NCBI GenBank assembly: GCA_039024555.1
Contig: JBCCQQ010000033.1
Coordinates: 1-64,000 of the forward strand
DNA length: 64,000 nt
DNA from: Cyanobacteria bacterium P01_D01_bin.156
Lineage (GTDB): Bacteria > Cyanobacteriota > Cyanobacteriia > Phormidesmidales > Phormidesmidaceae
Direction: 5' to 3'
The notes under the pieces are model-generated. The model was not told where the DNA came from. It saw nothing but the letters and a program-made list of their open reading frames with translations, and did not search any database. The position numbers and the translations under genes were made by a program. Below are positions 57,020 to 64,000 of this stretch, in pieces; the stretch's first letter is position 1, and each line of letters begins with the position of its first letter.

Positions 57020-58144
57020 ATGGCAGTGGCAAAAACAATCGTAAAGCAGTGGCGAGAGAGGCTTCAGACCGATTTGCCCGATCAGAGCCAAGATACTCAC
57101 ACAGCGATTGCTAAGTGGCTATGTGGTGAAGATACTGAACGATTTGAATCCCTTTCCCATAAGGACTTGAACATTGCGACTCAAGCAATGGATTACCGCT
57201 ATCGCATTTTTTTAAGTACCTACTGGGGGTTGCCTCCAGATCGGGCTTATCAAACCTTGATGCGTAAGTTAGGAGGATTATTTTTAGTCCGTAGCAAAAT
57301 CCGTACATGGATCGCCTTGAGTCGAGATCGTCAGCGACAGGTCAAGGATGTTCTACAAGAAATTATTCAAGAAATGCTCCAGAGTGATCGTCACTTGCGG
57401 GCGCAACTGGGGTTGATCGCTCAATGTACCCAACGCCCACAACTGCGCAACCTGTTGACTATGGCGACCATTGAGGAGTACTGTCTGCGGCCCATTCGCA
57501 ACCAACCACTGATTGTTTATCGGTTTGTTAACTATCTTCGTCGTTCTCAGCGCGGGGGTATGACCCAGGTGCCTGGAGCTCAGTTGATTCAGTTGATTTC
57601 TGAAGAAATTGGTACTGATGAAACCGACAGCACTATTAGCTTATTTGATGTGCAAGCGGTGAGTACCTATGAGGAGAAACAGGATTTTGACGAAACTCAG
57701 CGGGCTCGACAATCGGTGAAGGATAGCTTTACCAGCTATTTACACGAGGCCTTGGGAGAAACTGCAACCCAATGGCTTGAACTCCATCTCCAAGGCTACA
57801 CACAGGACAGTATCGCGAAGCAAATGGAGCTCTCGGTTAAACAGGTTTACCGTTTGCGAGAAAAAATTAGCTACCATGCGATTCGAATTTTTACTCTAAA
57901 GGAGCAACCAGAGCTAGTTTCCCATTGGCTCAAAACCACATTAACCGACCACAACTTGGGTCTCACATCGAGCCAATGGGAAACCTATTGGCAGACGTTG
58001 GAACCTTCCCAGCAGCAGTTACTGTCCGAATTGAGAGGAGGTAAAGATATTGATGAGATCGCACAAAAGCTAGGGTGTAAATCTAAACAAGTCATGAGTG
58101 AATGGGCTAAGCTTTACCTAACTGCCCAAGATCTGCGAACTTAG
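57020..58144 (+). CDS. HetZ-related protein (sigma-region-4-like HTH regulator)
   Basis: MDYRYRI, SRDRQR, EEYC.RP.RNQPL, LQGYTQDSIA...VYRLREKISYHA. Confidence 0.75.
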   Translation: MAVAKTIVKQWRERLQTDLPDQSQDTHTAIAKWLCGEDTERFESLSHKDLNIATQAMDYRYRIFLSTYWGLPPDRAYQTLMRKLGGLFLVRSKIRTWIALSRDRQRQVKDVLQEIIQEMLQSDRHLRAQLGLIAQCTQRPQLRNLLTMATIEEYCLRPIRNQPLIVYRFVNYLRRSQRGGMTQVPGAQLIQLISEEIGTDETDSTISLFDVQAVSTYEEKQDFDETQRARQSVKDSFTSYLHEALGETATQWLELHLQGYTQDSIAKQMELSVKQVYRLREKISYHAIRIFTLKEQPELVSHWLKTTLTDHNLGLTSSQWETYWQTLEPSQQQLLSELRGGKDIDEIAQKLGCKSKQVMSEWAKLYLTAQDLRT

Positions 58145-58265
58145 AAAATCGGGCCTTTGATTGGTTGTCTTTGCGCAACGGGTTTGGTGATATGTGGGCG
58201 GGTTTTTACTCATGGGCTTGTGCCTGTTCACTGACGTTCGTTATTCCATCCTAGGCAGCCAAGCC

Positions 58266-59435
58266 ATGTCAACCTTCTCTGAAGACCATGTTCTGTCCTC
58301 TTTGGCCAATGAACTAAAAACAATTGAATCAAAAGCAGACTTGGAGCAAATGTTTCTTCTAATAGAAAGCATTTTGCCATTTGAGGCCTGCCTTTACTAT
58401 CAAGTCTTGCCACTTTCTATTGAAGGCAGCGTATTGAATTTGGGTGTGGTGAATTCCCAAGATACGAGTGCTGCTGATTACGTTAGGCGTCAAGTTTCAT
58501 ACATTAACTGTTCAATTGTTTCTCAGCCTATTTCTTCTGACTGGCACCGAGAAATTCTATCGAAGTTTTTAAGTTATTCGGCTAAAAATCGTCAAGCATC
58601 TCAGCAGCCTAGTCCTCAGAAGACTTCTAAACCGGTCCCTCCCTTTGCCGATCATCCAACGTTGGTGGTGGGAGCTCCAACAGAAATTGCTGAGCGTTCA
58701 CCTGCTACACCAAAATCTAATCCTCAGCCAGAGCAAGCGGTTGCCCCCACGGATAATGCTGTCACCCAAGCGGCCTCACCTCCGCTGCACATGGATTTCT
58801 CCCATGGAACTGATGATGAGAAACACGTATCGAAACCTCTCGACTCAGAGACCTTTCAGGATGAGTTGCCTAATCTAAAACCTATGGATCCCAAAGGTTT
58901 AACTCAAACCTTATTGAAAAAACTAATTACCCAGGAAGGTATTGGACGTTTATATTTGCAGCGTCAGGGAAAAAATGCTCGCATTTTATGGAGCAAGGAC
59001 GGTATCGTACGCTCGGTGATGAATGATATTTCATCCCAGCAGTTCCAAGGAGTGATTAATGAGTTTAAGCGAATGATGAGCTTGGCTCTAATTCCTGTGC
59101 GCAAATCTAAACAAGTTGAAATTGAACGCATTCACAATCAAAAGCGTATCCTGTTACGGTTGCGGGTGATGCCAGGGGAGCACGGGGAAGAAGCAACGTT
59201 ACAAGTCTTGCGAGGTGCGGCTCTCAAGTTTTATCAGCAGCAACAAATTAATAACCTTGGTCGCGATGCCCTAGGCATTGCTCAAGACTTACAGCAGCGT
59301 ATTGATGATTTACGAACCCAAGCTCAGCGTAATCTCGATGTCAAAGATGCGAGAGAGAAAACGTTGCCCACAATTATGACAATGCTGAGAAAAATGGAAC
59401 AGCAGCTGAACGACATTATGGAATCTTCAGAATAA
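58266..59435 (+). CDS. protein with a PilB/GspE N-terminal-like domain but no ATPase motif
   Basis: LPFEACLYYQVLPL...LGVV; LRLRVMPGEHGEEATLQVL resembles the PilB N2 region; no Walker A; coiled-coil tail. Confidence 0.6.
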   Translation: MSTFSEDHVLSSLANELKTIESKADLEQMFLLIESILPFEACLYYQVLPLSIEGSVLNLGVVNSQDTSAADYVRRQVSYINCSIVSQPISSDWHREILSKFLSYSAKNRQASQQPSPQKTSKPVPPFADHPTLVVGAPTEIAERSPATPKSNPQPEQAVAPTDNAVTQAASPPLHMDFSHGTDDEKHVSKPLDSETFQDELPNLKPMDPKGLTQTLLKKLITQEGIGRLYLQRQGKNARILWSKDGIVRSVMNDISSQQFQGVINEFKRMMSLALIPVRKSKQVEIERIHNQKRILLRLRVMPGEHGEEATLQVLRGAALKFYQQQQINNLGRDALGIAQDLQQRIDDLRTQAQRNLDVKDAREKTLPTIMTMLRKMEQQLNDIMESSE

Positions 59436-59497
59436 TTTCTTCTGATGCAAACGTCTACTGTAGTGAAAGCTACTGAAAATAACAGTCATGCTACAGG

Positions 59498-60004
59498 CTA
59501 TTCAGGAGCAGATGCTCCCTTAGATTTTCGGAACCCTTGAACTAACCGTCGAAAATTAACTGCAAATTCCTCTGTGCCAAGCAAACTGCCAACCGTATCT
59601 TCCTGCCAGGATGCTGAAAGAACACCATAGCTCAGACCTACGGTACCGAGGCCGAAAAAAGCAAGTGAAACAATTAACACGAGCGCATTTGGAAACTCGG
59701 CAATGTGCCGTGTTAACAGGATGTAGGACACGACAAAAGAGGACATCCCTAAAAAAGTGGGTACGCCAGCAAATATGGCCATGCGTCGCATCATACGACG
59801 GCTAACAACCTCTGGGATGCCCAGAGAATCTTGCTGCGAGCTTACAGCCGTCTCTTGCTTATCACTGCCTACAGCACTCGTTTTTAGAGGACTCGTAGAC
59901 GCAGTAGACTTGACAGGTGTATTTGTCGATGCATCAGGATCTTGCGATCGCTTCTTTGACTTTGGTTCAAATGGAAGCGACTCGCGCTTAGAATTAGACG
60001 CCAT
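59498..60004 (-). CDS. PAM68 family photosystem II assembly factor
   Basis: IPEVVSRRMMRR, GLSYGVLSASW, GSLLG; downstream of rpsO. Confidence 0.9.
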   Translation of the reverse strand: MASNSKRESLPFEPKSKKRSQDPDASTNTPVKSTASTSPLKTSAVGSDKQETAVSSQQDSLGIPEVVSRRMMRRMAIFAGVPTFLGMSSFVVSYILLTRHIAEFPNALVLIVSLAFFGLGTVGLSYGVLSASWQEDTVGSLLGTEEFAVNFRRLVQGFRKSKGASAPE

Positions 60005-60051
60005 AACACCTGTGGTACTGACTACACAGACAAAAATATAACGTGGTTACC

Positions 60052-60321
60052 TTATCCGCGGATACCCAATTTCTGAATCAACGCACGATAGCGAGCAGTA
60101 TCTTGCTTAACCAAATAAGCCAGCAAACGCTTACGACGACCGATCATGCGTAGCAGGCCACGGCGAGAAGAGTGATCCTTTTTATTAGCCTGCAAATGCT
60201 TACTCAGACGATTGATCTTTTCAGTCAACATAGCTATCTGTACATCGACAGACCCCGTGTCTGTCTCATGAACCTGGTGGTCAGAAATAATGGATTGCTT
60301 TTGTTCTTGCAGGAGCGCCAT
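60052..60321 (-). CDS. rpsO: 30S ribosomal protein S15
   Basis: [13 protein letters not shown]...[14 protein letters not shown]. Confidence 0.98.
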   Translation of the reverse strand: MALLQEQKQSIISDHQVHETDTGSVDVQIAMLTEKINRLSKHLQANKKDHSSRRGLLRMIGRRKRLLAYLVKQDTARYRALIQKLGIRG

Positions 60322-60772
60322 AGAGCTTATAGATTAGAGCCTATCAAAACAGGGCTTGGCCAAATTTACAATTAATTATCAAATTTGGCACAGGGTTTCA
60401 CATTTTACTACAGTAATGCCTGACTAGGTGCCTGAATTCCATGTAATTTTGGTGTCAAAGGTTGTATCCTGACCACTTTTTTCGAGTCTTCGATGGTTCC
60501 TAGGGGGATTACTCCTGAGTGGCGCTCTTTAGTTAGGTATAGTCTTTATGGGCAAACTGCTTAAATAGACCCAATTAAATAAATTTCGGCATTGCTGATC
60601 TCCGAGATGCCTTTCGTATTCAACACCCTGCACCGTGTCAGACCTTACGGATAGTCGAATCTTTTGAATCAATAACGATAATTTTTCTAACTATTTTTTG
60701 ATCTGCGGTCATGCTAGTAGCAATAACCACAGAACTTGCACCCACAAAGTTACTGCGTTTTTTCTATTATTC

Positions 60773-62788
60773 ATGTTTCATCTGCGGCTTATTCCTTTTT
60801 ATGCTTTGGCTGCTGTGCTTGGAGGAGTATGCCTGGTTAGTCCTGGTTGGACCAGCACTTCTGAGACATTGAAGCTTACAATTCCAGCTGAAGAAACATT
60901 TAGGAATCAAAATAGCCGATCGCTGGCCTTAGGTGAAATTGATCCAGCTGACAGTGTAGAGCCTCCTGGGTTAGATATACGTCCAGGAAATATGCCCATT
61001 AGTCCATATCTAGAGCGACTAATGCGGCAGGAATTGAGCAATTTGATGGGACGTTTTGAGGGAGCTTTGCTGCATGGCTATGCCAGTACTCAACCTGCAG
61101 AGCTAATCCTAACGTCATTACCAACTGACAGCAGTCTCAGTGCAAGTTTAAATGGGGCCAGTTTACCTACGCCCCTGAGTCATCCTGCATTAGAACAAGC
61201 GCAGACGACTCTAGATGACTGGTCTGCTCTGCTTAGACGTAAGCAATATGGAGCAGCGCGACAACGTTGGTTAGAAGCCCGTCAGGCATTATGGAATGCA
61301 TTTCCAGTACAGGAGTCTTTAGCCCAGGCGGAAGTGCGCGCTATGTGGTTAGATCGCGGCACCATTGTGAAGACTGGATCTGAAGCAGATTTAGCAGATA
61401 TTTTTGATCGGTTGGCCGCCACCGGCATTAATACAGTATTTTTTGAGACTATTAATGCTGGTTATCCGGTTTATCCCAGTCGAATTGCTCCTCAGCAGAA
61501 TCCCTTAACACGTCATTGGGATCCCTTAAAGTCAGCTATTAAATTGGGTAAAGAGCGAGGCATTGAAGTCCATGCCTGGGTTTGGTTATTTGCTGCGGGG
61601 AATCGTCGCCACAACGCGCTTTTGAATTTATCGCCCAACTACCCTGGGCCATTAATCAATGCCAATCCAGGCTGGTCTGGTTATGATCGCCAAGGCCGAG
61701 TAATTCCTATCGGTCAGGATAAGCCTTTTTTGGATCCTGCTAATCCTGAGGTTCGTAGCTACCTGATGCGCATGCTCCAGGAAGTTGTCAATAACTATGA
61801 TGTGGATGGCATTCACTTTGATTATGTGCGCTATCCCTTTCAAGATCCTGGCGCAAATCGAACCTATGGCTACGGAACGGCAGCACGGTTGCAATTTCGA
61901 GATTTAACAGGGGTGGATCCTGCTGTGCTCTCACCGCGAAATAATCCGGAGCTGCCTCCCTATGAACAACAACAGCAACAGCAGCTATGGCAACAATGGA
62001 CTGAGTTTCGTGTGGAGCAGGTAAGCTCTTTTGTGGCTGAAGCGTCTCAGATGTTGCGGCAACGTCGGCCTGAGATGATTATTTCAGCAGCGGTATTTGC
62101 CAAACCTACCCATGAACGTATTCAGAAAATTCAGCAAGACTGGGAGACCTGGGCACAGCGTGGCGATGTAGATTGGATCGTCCTGATGAGCTACGCCATG
62201 GATACGAATCGGTTTGAAGAGCTTATTCATCCCTGGGTATTGGAAGGTAACTATGGCTCAACCTTAGTCATTCCAGGTATTCGATTGTTGAATTTACCCG
62301 ATATGGCGGCTTTAGATCAGATCCAAACCCTACGAGATCTGCCAGTCAGTGGTTATGCTCTTTTTGCAGTGGATAATTTACAGCAAAGTATTGAACGATT
62401 ACTTAACGATACCCAGGGGGATGAAAATGTGTCCTCATTATTGCCACAACAACAGCCGTTCAATACAGCTTTAGAGCGTTATCAGGCGTTACAGCGTGAG
62501 TGGAGTTGGCTATTGAGTCAGGGACAGGTGCTAATGCAAGAGCCGGATGTCGCTGAATGGGTTGGTACTGTGAATATGTTGGGTGCACAGCTGGCTGATT
62601 TGGCAGAGAACCCATCCCATCGAAAACTAGAAGTTGTGCGATCGCAGCTAGATAATTTGGACCATACCATTGCGTCTGATTTAATCGTTCAGTCGCCTCA
62701 AAATAACTACCGTTTACAGACTTGGCAAAATCGATTAACTACAATTGAGTATTTGCTAGCCTACGGAGAAAAGCGATTTATTCCCTAA
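60773..62788 (+). CDS. glycoside hydrolase family 10-like (GHL10/DUF187) protein
   Basis: EVRAMWLD, GIEVHAW, LDPANPEVR, DGIHFDYVRYP, QDWETW; start uncertain. Confidence 0.85.
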   Translation: MFHLRLIPFYALAAVLGGVCLVSPGWTSTSETLKLTIPAEETFRNQNSRSLALGEIDPADSVEPPGLDIRPGNMPISPYLERLMRQELSNLMGRFEGALLHGYASTQPAELILTSLPTDSSLSASLNGASLPTPLSHPALEQAQTTLDDWSALLRRKQYGAARQRWLEARQALWNAFPVQESLAQAEVRAMWLDRGTIVKTGSEADLADIFDRLAATGINTVFFETINAGYPVYPSRIAPQQNPLTRHWDPLKSAIKLGKERGIEVHAWVWLFAAGNRRHNALLNLSPNYPGPLINANPGWSGYDRQGRVIPIGQDKPFLDPANPEVRSYLMRMLQEVVNNYDVDGIHFDYVRYPFQDPGANRTYGYGTAARLQFRDLTGVDPAVLSPRNNPELPPYEQQQQQQLWQQWTEFRVEQVSSFVAEASQMLRQRRPEMIISAAVFAKPTHERIQKIQQDWETWAQRGDVDWIVLMSYAMDTNRFEELIHPWVLEGNYGSTLVIPGIRLLNLPDMAALDQIQTLRDLPVSGYALFAVDNLQQSIERLLNDTQGDENVSSLLPQQQPFNTALERYQALQREWSWLLSQGQVLMQEPDVAEWVGTVNMLGAQLADLAENPSHRKLEVVRSQLDNLDHTIASDLIVQSPQNNYRLQTWQNRLTTIEYLLAYGEKRFIP

Positions 62789-62915
62789 GCTGGGCTACTC
62801 CATGCAGATCAAAGTTAGCAACTTAGTCAGTATCAACCTCATTTGATGTTAATGCTGACTAAGTTGGGCATGCTGGATAAGTAATATTTATCCTGATTTG
62901 AAAAGATGTGATGCC

Positions 62916-63749
62916 ATGGCCGAGCCTGTTCCGGAATTAATTATTGAAGCCGGTCGTACGGAAGCTCAATACTGGCGAGATCTTTGGCGGTATCGCGAGC
63001 TGTTTTATTTTTTAGCCTGGCGTGATGTTCTAGTGCGCTATAAGCAAACAGTTATCGGTGTAGCGTGGGCATTGCTCAGGCCGTTTTTGACCATGATTGT
63101 CTTTACTGTGGTCTTTGGTCGCTTAGCAAATCTTCCATCAGAGGGAGATGCTCCATATCCAATTCTGGTATTTGCGGCAATGCTACCCTGGCAATTTTTT
63201 GCGAGTGCTCTATCTGAGTGCAGCAACAGCTTAATTGTGAATGCCAACCTATTGTCAAAAGTCTATTTCCCTAGACTGGTTGTTCCCACTAGTGCAGTTA
63301 TTGTTAGCTTTGTAGATTTCTTGATTTCAGGCATCATTTTGCTGGGGATGATGGCTTGGTTTAATGCGGTTCCCACCTGGCGAATTTTAACGTTGCCTTT
63401 GTTTATTGCGATCGCCTTTGCCGCTTCCATGGGAGTTGGGTTATGGCTAGCCGCACTAAACGTACAGTATCGTGACTTTCGCTACATTGTGCCGTTTATT
63501 GTCCAGTTTGGCCTTTACATTTCACCAGTTGGGTTCAGCAGCACAATCGTTCCAGAAACATGGCGATTACTCTACTCTCTAAACCCTATGGTTGGAGTCA
63601 TCGATGGGTTTCGGTGGGCTGTTCTAGGCAACGATACAGTACTGTATTGGCCAGGATTTCTATTGTCTGTTGTCTTAGTTAGTATTTTGCTGATAAGCGG
63701 CATCTTTTATTTTCGTCGCATAGAACGCACATTTGCGGATATGATTTAG
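62916..63749 (+). CDS. wzm: polysaccharide ABC transporter permease (Wzm)
   Basis: RDVLVRYKQT..G..W, KVYFPR, YRDF, NPM. Confidence 0.92.
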   Translation: MAEPVPELIIEAGRTEAQYWRDLWRYRELFYFLAWRDVLVRYKQTVIGVAWALLRPFLTMIVFTVVFGRLANLPSEGDAPYPILVFAAMLPWQFFASALSECSNSLIVNANLLSKVYFPRLVVPTSAVIVSFVDFLISGIILLGMMAWFNAVPTWRILTLPLFIAIAFAASMGVGLWLAALNVQYRDFRYIVPFIVQFGLYISPVGFSSTIVPETWRLLYSLNPMVGVIDGFRWAVLGNDTVLYWPGFLLSVVLVSILLISGIFYFRRIERTFADMI

Positions 63750-63752
63750 CCA

Positions 63753-64000
63753 ATGTCTGACACTATTATTCGCGTTGAAAATCTAGGCAAAAAGTATCTA
63801 ATCCGTCACAAAAAACAGGAAAAATACCTTGCTTTAAGGGATGTATTGTCTAGAGAAGCATATCGGCTTAAGAATAGATTTCTCAGGCAAGGCAAGGGAT
63901 TTTCCCCAACAAGAGAGGAGTTTTGGGCTCTTAAAAACATCTCATTTGAGATCAAGCGAGGAGATAGAGTAGGTATTATTGGCCGTAATGGCGCAGGAAA
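63753..64000 (+). CDS. wzt: polysaccharide ABC transporter ATP-binding protein (Wzt), truncated by the window edge
   Basis: [15 protein letters not shown]...[28 protein letters not shown]. Confidence 0.9.
   Translation, partial: MSDTIIRVENLGKKYLIRHKKQEKYLALRDVLSREAYRLKNRFLRQGKGFSPTREEFWALKNISFEIKRGDRVGIIGRNGAG

Overview
Cyanobacterial chromosomal segment, judged from frequent HIP1 GCGATCGC octamers and cyanobacteria-specific genes (ndhS, psb29, PAM68, CRR6, a HetZ-related gene); a filamentous Leptolyngbya-like host is a guess. Most of it is housekeeping: recJ, upp, mutS2, menA-menC-menE plus DHNA-CoA thioesterase, birA, a phosphoketolase-like enzyme, rodA, mrp, hemF, wecB, ruvX-DUF3727-mltG-yqeG, proB, galE, rpsO and the start of a wzm/wzt transporter. 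The window opens in the 3' end of an IS630-family element. Items that stand out: (1) a gene-poor stretch at 24.5-26.8 kb with a DnaA-box cluster, a structured non-coding segment, and two tandem paralogous double-glycine-leader peptides that share a duplicated upstream element and have unrelated cores, just upstream of a filamentous-haemagglutinin exoprotein; (2) a 37-codon single-TM ORF missed by the ORF track, downstream of a perfect NtcA-type site; (3) four GT-C-like membrane glycosyltransferases next to wecB; (4) a solitary GmrSD-type (DUF262-DUF1524) gene; (5) several long perfect hairpins. All calls come from reading motifs by eye; no database searches were run.
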